Source: Pirellula staleyi DSM 6068 (GTDB lineage: Bacteria > Planctomycetota > Planctomycetia > Pirellulales > Pirellulaceae). Taken from it: 32,000 bases of DNA. Location of the stretch: NCBI GenBank assembly GCA_000025185.1, contig CP001848.1:4320001-4352000 (forward strand), given 5' to 3'. The position numbers were made by a program, and so were the translations under genes. The notes beneath the pieces were generated by a model. The model was not told the origin of the DNA, searched no databases, and saw only the letters and a list, made by a program, of their open reading frames with translations. This document shows positions 1-9,037 of this stretch, one piece after another; within the stretch, counting starts at the first letter, position 1; every line of letters begins with the position of its first letter.

Positions 1-654
1 TGCGAAATTGTAGGTACTTCCGACACCTCCTTGCACTCCCAGTGTGGCGGCGGCCAAGTAATATTCGTCGCAGCCGAAGAGCACATCGAAGCGTCCATCG
101 TCGAGTTTCAAGCAGCGCTGCAGTCCCGCGAGATCGGAGTTGGTGTACTTTACGCCGGTGAGGGTTGGAATCTTGTCGCGCGCCGCTTGCAGGAACTCGG
201 CAACCGGAAAGTTGACCCCTGTCATTGAGGGAATGTCGTAGTAGTAAAACGGCGTCGCAGGAGCGGCGGCGGCGATTTGCTGCATGCTATCGACCAGCAA
301 GTCGACCGAGCGTGGACGAAAGTAACTCGGCGCAAGGGCGGCGATCGCTCGTGCACCAACCGACTCGGCGTGCGCGGCCAGGGCCCGGCAATCTTCGAGC
401 GAATTGGCTCCGACATGCACCACCACCTCAAGCGGCGTGCCGCGCGTCACCTTCATCCATTCTGCTGCCAGTTGCTTCCGTTCATCGGCCGTCAGGCTGT
501 GACTCTCGCCAGTCGTTCCGCCGATGAAGACGCGCGGAATCTGCTGCTTTTGCAAATGCTCTGCTTGCTTCGCGACAATCTCGAGCCGGAGTTGGCCACT
601 GGCATCAAACGGCGTGTGCGTGGCGGCTGTGAATCCAAGAAGTCGGCTGGACAT
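1..654 (-). CDS. N-acetylneuraminate lyase / dihydrodipicolinate synthase family class I aldolase (C-terminal end runs off the window)
   Basis: Absent from the ORF track because there is no in-window stop. Manual reverse translation from ATG (complement of 652-654) is open to position 1: MSSRLLGFTAATHTPFDASGQL..FIGGTTGESHSL..FYYYDIPSMTGV..LTGVKYTNSDL..GGVGSTYNFA. This is collinear with E. coli NanA motifs (GGSTGE, YNIP, Schiff-base Lys in G-x-K-x-T, GGIGSTYN). Confidence 0.85.
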   Translation of the reverse strand, partial: MSSRLLGFTAATHTPFDASGQLRLEIVAKQAEHLQKQQIPRVFIGGTTGESHSLTADERKQLAAEWMKVTRGTPLEVVVHVGANSLEDCRALAAHAESVGARAIAALAPSYFRPRSVDLLVDSMQQIAAAAPATPFYYYDIPSMTGVNFPVAEFLQAARDKIPTLTGVKYTNSDLAGLQRCLKLDDGRFDVLFGCDEYYLAAATLGVQGGVGSTYNFA

Positions 655-978
655 AGCAATTTCCGCAGAGAGGGTCGTTGACGTGGTTTGCGAAGTCCCC
701 GTTCTACCCGCCTGGAAACGAATCGCAAGAGCAGCGAGCGAAACCGCGCGCTGTGGAGTTGCTCGAAGTATCGCAAACTCGAGCCGCGATGCTTCCCCAG
801 CAAGGATCCCCTAAGTTCGGTTTAATCGGCACGATCAGTACTTCGAGTCTTGTGTTGAGTGCAATTGCTCGTGGCAGCACAGTCGCCTCCGAGGTGGGAA
901 TTTCGCTGAATTTGCTACCGATCTGAGCGGTAATTACGATAAGTTCATTCGCCGCGACCTTCTTTGACTTTGCTTACC

Positions 979-3291
979 ATGATCGACTGGCTACTACGTC
1001 TCTTTCGCATACGTCCCGCCACTTCGACCGCCGGGCAGGGACATCTCACGTTTGGTGCCACGTCGGTTGGGCGCACCATATCACGCACCGGACTGCTTCT
1101 CAAAAAACAGCTCTGGATCTGGCCCATCATCGCGTTTGTCATCCTTGCCACGGTGGGGTTTGGCATTCGAATCGCGATCGAGCGGACCATGAAGGCCAAT
1201 CTCAAGTCCGAACTCGAGACGGTGCTGAACATCGAGTGCGCGATGCTCGAAACCTGGCTCAAAGTGCAAGAGTCGAACGCACAGTCGATGGCCAACGATC
1301 AGCAAGTGCGCGACGTGGTGGCAAAAATCGATGCGATCTATCAATCGCAAAATGCGCCGCTTACCACAGAGGCAGCCGAAGCAGTCCCTGCGACCAACCC
1401 GGCGCTCCTCAACCAGCTTCTCGCGCAGCTGGGCCAAGAATTGGCGCCGGGCATGTCGGTTCATAATTTCACAGGCTATATCCTGGCCGATAAACAGCAG
1501 AAGATTCTTGCTTCATCGAACACAGAACTGATCGGGCGGACATTTCCCGAGTATGAGAAATTCCTCAGCCGAGTGCTTGAAGGGGAAGTGATTGTCACCT
1601 CACCAGTGGCCAGTGTCGTGCTACTGAAAGATGAACGAGGCCGAGTTCGCACCGGTGTCCCCACGATGCTGGTGGTGGCCCCGATTCGCGACTCGAATTT
1701 GCAAGTGATCGGCGCGATTGGTTTTCGGATTCGTCCCGAGCGTGATTTCACTCGCATTCTGCAACTCGGCCGACTCGGTGAAACGGGCGAGACCTACGCC
1801 ATCAACAAAGAGGGTTTGCTTGTCTCGAACAGCCGCTTCGACGACAAGCTAATTCTGCTGGGGCTGATTCCCGATCTGGAAGGCTCGCAGTCGATTCTGA
1901 CGGTCTCCGCGCGCGATCCAGGTGGCGACTTAACGCGAGGCTATCGGCCGCAAGTACGTCGCGCGGAACTCCCGCTTACCAAGGCTGCTGAGAGTGTCAT
2001 CGCCGGCGGCTCTGGCGTGAGTCTGGAGGGGGTGAATGACTACCGTGGCGTGCCAGCGGTGAGTGCCTGGCAATGGCTCCCTAAATATGAAATCGGTATC
2101 ATCACGAAGGTCGATTACGAAGAGGCGTACCGGCCTCTTTCGATCCTGCAGATCGCCTTCTTCTCGATCTTCGCGCTCTTGGCCTTGAGCTCGGTGGCGA
2201 TCTTCATCTTCACCTTGGTGGTGACACGCTTACAGCGTGAAGCACAGAAGGCTGCGATCGAAGCGAAGCATCTTGGGCAGTATCGACTCGAAGAACGCCT
2301 CGGGGCGGGAGCGATGGGAATTGTTTATCGCGGACATCATGCGATGCTGCGCCGCCCTACAGCCATCAAGATGTTGCATGTCGAGAAAGTGAACGAGGCC
2401 TCGATCGAGCGTTTCGAACGCGAAGTGCAGATCACTTGCAAGCTGAACAATCCCAATACCGTGGCGATCTACGACTACGGCCGGACTCCGGAAGGGGTGT
2501 TTTATTATGCGATGGAGTACCTCGACGGGATCGACCTGCAGGTTCTCGTGAATCGCTACGGTCCACAGCCGGAAGGACGTGTGATTCATATCCTCAAGTC
2601 GATATGCGGTTCGCTCTACGAAGCGCATTCTCTGGGACTTGTGCATCGCGATATGAAGCCAGCCAACGTGATGATCAATCGCCGTGGCGGTCAGTCGGAT
2701 GTGGTGAAAGTGCTCGACTTCGGACTGGTCCGAGCGCTCGATGAAGCCAAGAGCTCGCGTGAGCAGGGGGGCTTGACCGGCACACCTCTCTACATGCCCC
2801 CCGAGGCGATTCAAACGCCCGATCTTGTCGATGCCCGCAGCGATCTCTACGCCGTGGGAGCGATCGGCTATTTTTTGATCACCGGTCAGCCGGTGTTTCA
2901 AGCCAGTTCGCTCGTTGAGCTTTGTCAGCTGCATGTCGACGCGCAGCCCGAATTACCTTCAAAGCGGCTCGGAAAAACGATCTCAGTGGAGCTCGAAAGC
3001 GCGATCATGGCATGTCTGGAGAAGAGTCGCGCGAAGCGACCTCAAACGGCTCGCGATCTCGCGACCCTGCTCGACCGATGTGCTACATCGCGAAGCTGGA
3101 CAATCGAAGAGGCTGATGCCTGGTGGGGACGCCACGAACGCTCGGCAGCGAGTGACGCATCGGGGACGGCATCGAGCGCGTCCCAATCGGCAGATACATC
3201 AGCGAGCCGCTCGGCTCCGGGTGCGTCCCGCACGGCAAGTTCCGGATTCGATCAGACCATTGCCGGGGGCAATGATCCTGCGAATTCCTAG
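979..3291 (+). CDS. Membrane Ser/Thr protein kinase with an extracytoplasmic Cache-like sensor domain
   Basis: ORF 964..3291; the first ATG is at 979. TM1 is WIWPIIAFVILATVGF. An extracytoplasmic region of about 330 aa carries Cache-like motifs (GETGETYAINKEGLLVS, YRGVPAVSAWQWLPKYEIGIITKVDYEEAY). TM2 is IAFFSIFALLALSSVAIFIFTLVV. A complete Hanks kinase core follows: LGAGAMGIVY, TAIKML, HRDMKPANVMI, DFGL, GTPLYMPPE. The C-terminal tail is Ser/Ala-rich. Confidence 0.9.
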   Translation: MIDWLLRLFRIRPATSTAGQGHLTFGATSVGRTISRTGLLLKKQLWIWPIIAFVILATVGFGIRIAIERTMKANLKSELETVLNIECAMLETWLKVQESNAQSMANDQQVRDVVAKIDAIYQSQNAPLTTEAAEAVPATNPALLNQLLAQLGQELAPGMSVHNFTGYILADKQQKILASSNTELIGRTFPEYEKFLSRVLEGEVIVTSPVASVVLLKDERGRVRTGVPTMLVVAPIRDSNLQVIGAIGFRIRPERDFTRILQLGRLGETGETYAINKEGLLVSNSRFDDKLILLGLIPDLEGSQSILTVSARDPGGDLTRGYRPQVRRAELPLTKAAESVIAGGSGVSLEGVNDYRGVPAVSAWQWLPKYEIGIITKVDYEEAYRPLSILQIAFFSIFALLALSSVAIFIFTLVVTRLQREAQKAAIEAKHLGQYRLEERLGAGAMGIVYRGHHAMLRRPTAIKMLHVEKVNEASIERFEREVQITCKLNNPNTVAIYDYGRTPEGVFYYAMEYLDGIDLQVLVNRYGPQPEGRVIHILKSICGSLYEAHSLGLVHRDMKPANVMINRRGGQSDVVKVLDFGLVRALDEAKSSREQGGLTGTPLYMPPEAIQTPDLVDARSDLYAVGAIGYFLITGQPVFQASSLVELCQLHVDAQPELPSKRLGKTISVELESAIMACLEKSRAKRPQTARDLATLLDRCATSRSWTIEEADAWWGRHERSAASDASGTASSASQSADTSASRSAPGASRTASSGFDQTIAGGNDPANS

Positions 3292-3330
3292 GGCCATCCA
3301 GCTCGCTGGCATCGTTGGATCGATGGAGCT

Positions 3331-4389
3331 CTAGTTGGGGCTTAGGAACTTAAACGGAGCAGCTGGCTCAAAGTTGGCTGTTTGATCTCCCCCAAGATCT
3401 GGATTTCCCACGAGCTTGAGCTTCCGAACGCCGCTCGTCTTTGAGAAGTCGATCTTTTCGAGTTTCACCCAGATGATGCTGGGACTCGAGGTGCTTTCAA
3501 AGTAGTAGACCTTGTTCTTTTGGTCGCTCACGGTGCGCCAAATGGTCGAAGCAATGTTCGGCTGATCAGGGGTGCTGATGCCGAGCGGAACACTCGCATT
3601 TCGCATGACGCTGAAGACACTCGCCACAGCTTCGCGTGCATTTGCCGTTTGATGGCAGGCATTGATGTAGAACGAAGCTCGCGCGAAGCGATCGGCGGCT
3701 CGATTGGTACCGGGAAGCATCACTGTTCCACCAATCTGTTGCCAGTACTTGTTCAAAGCAATCTGCTCATCGAAAACCGGGGAGTTGGTCATCACCTGGT
3801 ATTGCTTCCCATGATGAACGACAAGTTTCCCTCGGACGTACTCGAAGATTGCCGAATCGCCAGTGGCATCAGAGATCGACAGATGGACGGTTCCTGCTGC
3901 ACCGTTGGGAGCGATCACCGGAACCATGCGAAACGTCTCTTTTTTTAGTTCGGCGACCGCTTCCTCCACCGTGGCAAAACTGTCGAGGACATACTGTGCC
4001 CAGGCTGCAATGGAAACTCCGGGACGGGGATCAGTGGCAGGTGGATATTCCGACTCCACGAGATAGAGCATGTTGGACACCAGTCCCGCTTCGTTCATCC
4101 CATCCGCAGTCCCACCGTTGTAAACCGAGGCAATGAGGCTGCCATACTTGCTCGTCCACTTGAAAGAACCTGGTCCGATCCCTCCATCGCGCTCCATTCC
4201 TTGGGGGAAGATCCAGAGATCGCTCAGCAGGTCTTCTTTCCAGTCCATCGTTCGTCCCGTGACGATCTGCTGTTCTTTTCCCAAGTAGACCGCCCGTGTG
4301 CAGGCATGACTCATCGGGGAGAGGACCAAGCTGATAACTGTCAGCAAGCTGGCGCACAAAAAAACGAGACTGCGAGAGGAACGGAACAT
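3331..4389 (-). CDS. Secreted linear amide C-N hydrolase, choloylglycine hydrolase / penicillin V acylase family (Ntn hydrolase)
   Basis: A signal peptide ends ..SPMSHA, directly followed by the nucleophile Cys (CTRAVYLGK..GRTMDW). Family blocks DGMNEAGL, VMTNSP, LPGTNRAADRFARA and VYYFES are collinear with Bacillus PVA / bile salt hydrolases. ATG at 4387-4389 (complement). Confidence 0.9.
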   Translation of the reverse strand: MFRSSRSLVFLCASLLTVISLVLSPMSHACTRAVYLGKEQQIVTGRTMDWKEDLLSDLWIFPQGMERDGGIGPGSFKWTSKYGSLIASVYNGGTADGMNEAGLVSNMLYLVESEYPPATDPRPGVSIAAWAQYVLDSFATVEEAVAELKKETFRMVPVIAPNGAAGTVHLSISDATGDSAIFEYVRGKLVVHHGKQYQVMTNSPVFDEQIALNKYWQQIGGTVMLPGTNRAADRFARASFYINACHQTANAREAVASVFSVMRNASVPLGISTPDQPNIASTIWRTVSDQKNKVYYFESTSSPSIIWVKLEKIDFSKTSGVRKLKLVGNPDLGGDQTANFEPAAPFKFLSPN

Positions 4390-4611
4390 CGGCCAATCTC
4401 CGAGTGGAGTGGGGAGAATCGAGAATGCAGGAATTGCAATTCTACGCCACGATCTCGGCTCAGCGGAGGTTGCTCGGCAAAGAGACCGAAGACTTAATCT
4501 TCACACCTTGAGGCAGGCGTGGAGCCAGTCAACAAATCTGTCGACCAGCGTGCGGAGCCCCAGAAAACAAGACCGACTATATGTCACAAGGTCTTGATGG
4601 GCTAAGACTTA

Positions 4612-4663
<52 letters not shown>

Positions 4664-5342
4664 TAGGTTCTACTACATAGTCACTCATTGATCGAAGTCT
4701 ATTAACCTTAAACATCTTAGGGATTCGTAGCTACTCTGATTTTGATTTACAACCTTGAAAGTTGACCTGCCCCAGATTGACATGTTGGGTTGCAAATAGG
4801 TCGCAATATTCCCCACCCCTCTCTTGGCCTTTGGGAATGGCGAGTTTTGGCCGAGTGTCAAACTTTTCAGAACCAATTTTCCGCACCTGTCGATTCCCGT
4901 TTGAAGCTCTTTTCCAAATCGTGGGTGAAAAAATCGCATGTGCGGCGGCAGGCAGTTCTTGTAGTAGGGAGATTCGTCTTCCCATCTGCCCTTGGAAACA
5001 CCCCCGCCGCACTGCTGTGACCGAACTGCACAACACGGGGGAGAACAGTATCTATCTGTTCCGATTTTAGCGAGCAGGCACCTCCCAACAGCTGATGACG
5101 AAAGCTTGTAGCCTTGTGGAATGCGGTTTCGCACTGTCGATATTCGCACAGCTGGCTTCGTTTGTTGAACACCCTCACCGGGTTGTGGCACCTCCCTAAC
5201 GGGGAGTCACAAGCAATGCGACAAATTCGCATTCCATCGCGGCGGCCTTAATCTCCTAAATCCGCGATGTAGATACCCACATGTCGCTCCATTGCCTGTG
5301 TTGATCTCGGGAGGCTGCGACGTGCACACAAAGGCAGGTTGT

Positions 5343-6257
5343 ATGCAAGCTCCGAATCATGTTTTGCACGTGGATGACGATGTCAGTTACACCAGACTCG
5401 TGGCAAGGCGCATGAAAACGCTCGGCTACTCCGTTATCTCACTGAACGATCCTCGCGGTATCGAAACGCATGTCACTTCACTGCAAATAGGGATCATTCT
5501 TCTGGACCTCGATATGCCGTGGCGACATGGGCTCGAGGTGTTGGAATCGCTCCGAAAAATGCCCGGTGATCGACGTGTGATTGTGCTCAGCGGCTGTATT
5601 TCCGTTGGCACAGTGATCAACGCCATGGCACTGGGAGCTGACTATTTATTCTTCAAAGACAGATTCGATTTTTCGGAACTAGCAGATGCGATTGCCTCCC
5701 TGCAATCGCGCCGTCGTCAATGGTTTCGCGGGGCTCAGCAAACAGCTCGGCATCAACGTTTGAATCGCCTGGAGCGAGACCGACGGGCTGCTGAACCCGG
5801 TGAGAACACCCTCTCGGAAAGCAGTACGGGCGAGCAGGCGATGTGGGATGCAGTGGCCTCGCACGACGATACAAAGTCTGCCGCTCCGAAGGGCTCCCGC
5901 AGTCCCGAGAGTCGGCAGATTCAGGAGCTAATACGCAAACGCATGCTCACCAAGGCTGCCCTGGGACGGGCCGAGCGGATCGCCGATCAACTCACACCCA
6001 CGCTGCTGCAGTTGGCACTGAGCCGTGGCATGCTGACACCCGAAGACGCGATTCGTATCGCGATCGCTGGGAAAAAAACAGAGGCTGCGATCGCCCGCGA
6101 ACTACTGTCGCAAAAGCTTTGTACCGCGACAGAAATCCGGCAACTCGAGCATCAACAATCGCTCCTCAGGCCGCCGCTCATCACGATTCTCTCGACACTC
6201 GGCGAGATACCAAAAACTGAGAACACAGCCAGCAACACGTCGGTCCTGGCGATTTAA
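5343..6257 (+). CDS. Response regulator receiver protein with a C-terminal helical-repeat region resembling a T2SSE_N (GspE/MshE N-terminal) domain
   Basis: ORF 5292..6257; ATG at 5343 (MQAPNHVLHVDDD). REC signature residues are present: DDD, phospho-acceptor in ILLDLDMP, VLSG, FFKD. The C-terminal LLQLALSRGMLTPEDAIRIAIAGKKTEAAIARELLSQKLCTATEIRQL follows the L..G.L....l..A......lg..L pattern of T2SSE_N repeats. That domain call is by eye only. Confidence 0.75.
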   Translation: MQAPNHVLHVDDDVSYTRLVARRMKTLGYSVISLNDPRGIETHVTSLQIGIILLDLDMPWRHGLEVLESLRKMPGDRRVIVLSGCISVGTVINAMALGADYLFFKDRFDFSELADAIASLQSRRRQWFRGAQQTARHQRLNRLERDRRAAEPGENTLSESSTGEQAMWDAVASHDDTKSAAPKGSRSPESRQIQELIRKRMLTKAALGRAERIADQLTPTLLQLALSRGMLTPEDAIRIAIAGKKTEAAIARELLSQKLCTATEIRQLEHQQSLLRPPLITILSTLGEIPKTENTASNTSVLAI

Positions 6258-6301
6258 CGCATCGATCATTGTTCCCTGCTTGCTACCTTTTGAGCTCCCC
6301 C

Positions 6302-8989
6302 ATGACCGAAGCATTTCTGCAAGACGAAGTTTTGATCAACGAGTTCGTGGCCGAGTCGCTTGAGCATTTAGCGCAAGTGGAAAACGACCTCCTCTCGATC
6401 GAGTCGGCCAGTACGTCGAGTCGAACGGAAATTGTGAACAACGTGTTTCGCGCAGTCCATTCCATCAAAGGGGCTGCCGGATTCCTTGCGCTTCACCGCA
6501 TTAACGAACTGGCACATGCGCTTGAAGAAGTCCTTGGAGCGCTACGCGATGGTAAGGTCGAATCGTCGAGCAAGCTCACCGATATCACTCTCCGAGCGAT
6601 CGACAAGCTCAAGTCCATGCTCAGCGACGTGCATCACCAGGCCGATGTTGCCGTCGAAGAGGATGTCACCGCACTTGGACACCTGCTCGTTCCGGGCTCA
6701 GTTGTCGTAGGCACCTCTGCTCCCCTAGCAACTTTGGTGGCGAGCACTTCTTGCGCGGAAGATCCAACAGCCGACACGCTTCTCGCTGCTGAAGGGATCA
6801 GCCCTGATGCGATCCGCGACTTTCTCCTCGAAAGCCACGAGAATATCGATCAAATCGAGCATGAGTTACAGCTCCTTGATCGGGGAACCCATAACGACCA
6901 AACGATCCGGAGCGTGTTTCGCTCGGTCCATACGATGAAAGGGGCCGCCGGATTCCTTGGGTACAAGAACCTCGAGAATGTGGCCCACGCTTGCGAAAAT
7001 CTGCTTGGTCAACTCCGTTCTGGCAAGCTTCAGTGGAATGCCACCATCAGCGCTGCACTCTCCAGCACAATCGATCTGTTTCGCGAGTTGATCCTTACGA
7101 TCGAGGCGAAACATCATGATCGGCAAATCGATGTGTCGGTCGTAAAGTCGCAGCTTGCAAGGCTGTCGGAGGGATCGGAATTGGCCGCATCCACTCCGGA
7201 ATCGCTCGCCGTATCGGTCGTCACAGCGGCTGCAGTAACGCCATCCTCTCAATCGGCGCAGCCTGCTGCTTCATCGCCTATGGAAGAAGCCGCCAGCAAA
7301 CCGTCGGGAGCGTCGGTTGCCGAAAGTTCGATTCGTGTCGATGTGGCACTCCTCGATCGGCTGATGAACTGCGTGGGCGAACTAGTACTCGCGCGGAACC
7401 AGATTCTGCAGCTAACGAGCAACACCGGCGATCGAAATTTCCTCAGCGCTTCGCAGCGACTGAATCTCATCACCAGCGAACTGCAAGAAGGGGTGATGAA
7501 GACTCGCATGCAGCCGATCGGAAATGCTTGGAGCAAGTTCCCTCGGGTGGTTCGTGATTTGGCGGCCCAATGTGGCAAACGTGTCGAGCTGGTGATGGAG
7601 GGGCGCGAGACTGAACTCGACAAAACGATTATCGAGGCGATCAAGGACCCTCTGACGCATCTAGTACGCAACAGCGTTGATCACGGAATCGAGCCCTCAG
7701 CTGAGCGACTCGCGGCTGGCAAGCCGGCTGAAGGAACCGTCACCCTCCGAGCATTCCACGAAGGAGGGCAAGTGATCATTGAGGTGACCGACGATGGTCG
7801 AGGCCTCAATTTCCCTCGCATTCGCGCTAAAGCGCTCGAGCGTGGACTGATTACCGAGTCGCAAGCTGCACAGCTAAGCGACCACGATACCGCGCCGCTG
7901 ATTTTCCTTCCGGGCTTCTCGACTGCTGAAAAAGTGACGCATGTCTCCGGGCGTGGCGTTGGTATGGATGTTGTCAAAACGAACATCGAACGGATTGGAG
8001 GTCACATCGATATCCAGAGTCAAACGGGATCGAGTACCACCATGAAGATCACGATTCCTCTCACCCTAGCGATCATCCCGGCGCTGATCGTTTCGGCAGA
8101 AGGGGATCGATTTGCAATTCCTCAGCAGAGTCTCGTGGAACTGGTGCATATCTCGAAGTCCGATAGCAGCCGAATGATCGAGCGCATACATCACGCGCCG
8201 GTTTATCGCCTGCGCGGCAAGCTTCTTCCACTCGTATCACTCCGTTCATTGCTCCAGCTTCCGGAACGCCCTGAATGGGATCGAGCTGGTGCCCATGATC
8301 TGTCGGTGGTTGTTCTAAAAGCCAACGATTCGCAGTTCGGGTTGGTTGTCGACACGATCAGCGACACAGAAGAAATCGTGGTCAAGCCCCTTAGCCGTCA
8401 TCTGCAGAATCTAACGATGTATGCCGGTGCAACGGTTATGGGCGATGGACGTGTCGCGCTGATTCTCGATGTCTTGGGACTTGCCCGCTACGCCAACGTA
8501 CTCACGGGAAAAACGATCAGCTCCGAGCAAACGCAGCCCGATGGCGGGGCGTCTTCAGCAACCGCACTAGAAACCATTTTGGTGGCGGAAATCGCCTCCG
8601 GTAGGCGTGTGGCGATACCAATTAGCAAGGTGTCGCGACTCGAGGAGTTTAGTGTCTCGAAACTCGAGAACTCCGATGGTCGGCGCGTGATTCAGTACCG
8701 CGATCAAATCCTTCCGATCACCGCGCTCTCTCGACTCCTAGGGGAAGAGGCTCGGCCGCTGAGCGAGGGTAAATCGATGTCGGTTGTTGTTTTCGAGCAC
8801 CAGCAGACGCTGCTGGGAATCGCTGTCACGCGCGTCATCGATGTGCTCGAAACCTCGCTCGAGATGCTGCATACCTCGCACCGCGCGGGGCTCTCGGGCT
8901 CAGCGATCATTCAAGGTGCAGTCACCGATCTGGTCGACACCGATCAGTTGCTGCGACTTGCTCAAACCGAAAACAGCTTGCTTGTTTAG
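6302..8989 (+). CDS. cheA: Chemotaxis histidine kinase CheA with two HPt domains and two C-terminal CheW-like domains
   Basis: ATG at 6302 (MTEAFLQDE); the track start at 6269 is TTG. HPt1 is FRAVHSIKGAAGFL (His codon 6458-6460) and HPt2 is FRSVHTMKGAAGFL (His codon 6929-6931). HATPase boxes are HLVRNSVDHGIE, DDGRGL, GRGVGMDVV. Two CheW-like segments follow, starting DRFAIPQQSLVEL and RRVAIPISKVSRLEEF. Confidence 0.95.
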   Translation: MTEAFLQDEVLINEFVAESLEHLAQVENDLLSIESASTSSRTEIVNNVFRAVHSIKGAAGFLALHRINELAHALEEVLGALRDGKVESSSKLTDITLRAIDKLKSMLSDVHHQADVAVEEDVTALGHLLVPGSVVVGTSAPLATLVASTSCAEDPTADTLLAAEGISPDAIRDFLLESHENIDQIEHELQLLDRGTHNDQTIRSVFRSVHTMKGAAGFLGYKNLENVAHACENLLGQLRSGKLQWNATISAALSSTIDLFRELILTIEAKHHDRQIDVSVVKSQLARLSEGSELAASTPESLAVSVVTAAAVTPSSQSAQPAASSPMEEAASKPSGASVAESSIRVDVALLDRLMNCVGELVLARNQILQLTSNTGDRNFLSASQRLNLITSELQEGVMKTRMQPIGNAWSKFPRVVRDLAAQCGKRVELVMEGRETELDKTIIEAIKDPLTHLVRNSVDHGIEPSAERLAAGKPAEGTVTLRAFHEGGQVIIEVTDDGRGLNFPRIRAKALERGLITESQAAQLSDHDTAPLIFLPGFSTAEKVTHVSGRGVGMDVVKTNIERIGGHIDIQSQTGSSTTMKITIPLTLAIIPALIVSAEGDRFAIPQQSLVELVHISKSDSSRMIERIHHAPVYRLRGKLLPLVSLRSLLQLPERPEWDRAGAHDLSVVVLKANDSQFGLVVDTISDTEEIVVKPLSRHLQNLTMYAGATVMGDGRVALILDVLGLARYANVLTGKTISSEQTQPDGGASSATALETILVAEIASGRRVAIPISKVSRLEEFSVSKLENSDGRRVIQYRDQILPITALSRLLGEEARPLSEGKSMSVVVFEHQQTLLGIAVTRVIDVLETSLEMLHTSHRAGLSGSAIIQGAVTDLVDTDQLLRLAQTENSLLV

Positions 8990-9037
8990 TCACACTGTCG
9001 CCGTCCCAACTTCCTTGAACTTTGTTCAACGTGCCCT

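Noticed and set aside
678-926. Small ORFs in the 655-978 divergent intergenic region, for example 678..926 (82 aa).
   Set aside because: There are overlapping alternatives in several frames, no start context and no recognisable sequence features. The region is more likely the promoter region for the aldolase and kinase genes.
5077-5202. GGCAC-containing duplicated motif as a sigma-54 (-24/-12) promoter for the che operon.
   Set aside because: With GG at 5077-78 or 5187-88, the position 10 nt downstream is CA or AC rather than the required GC. There is no TTGC(A/T) -12 element and no EBP gene nearby.
4685-5232. A degraded tyrosine integrase in the distal island end. The minus-frame peptide ..GKTNLPTTRTACRRTCDFFTHDLEKSF.. 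faintly recalls K..HxLRH.
   Set aside because: Only the H-D-L tripeptide matches and the spacing to the putative Lys is wrong. No Arg-I box and no catalytic Tyr region are present, and the frame is short. The evidence is insufficient without a profile search.
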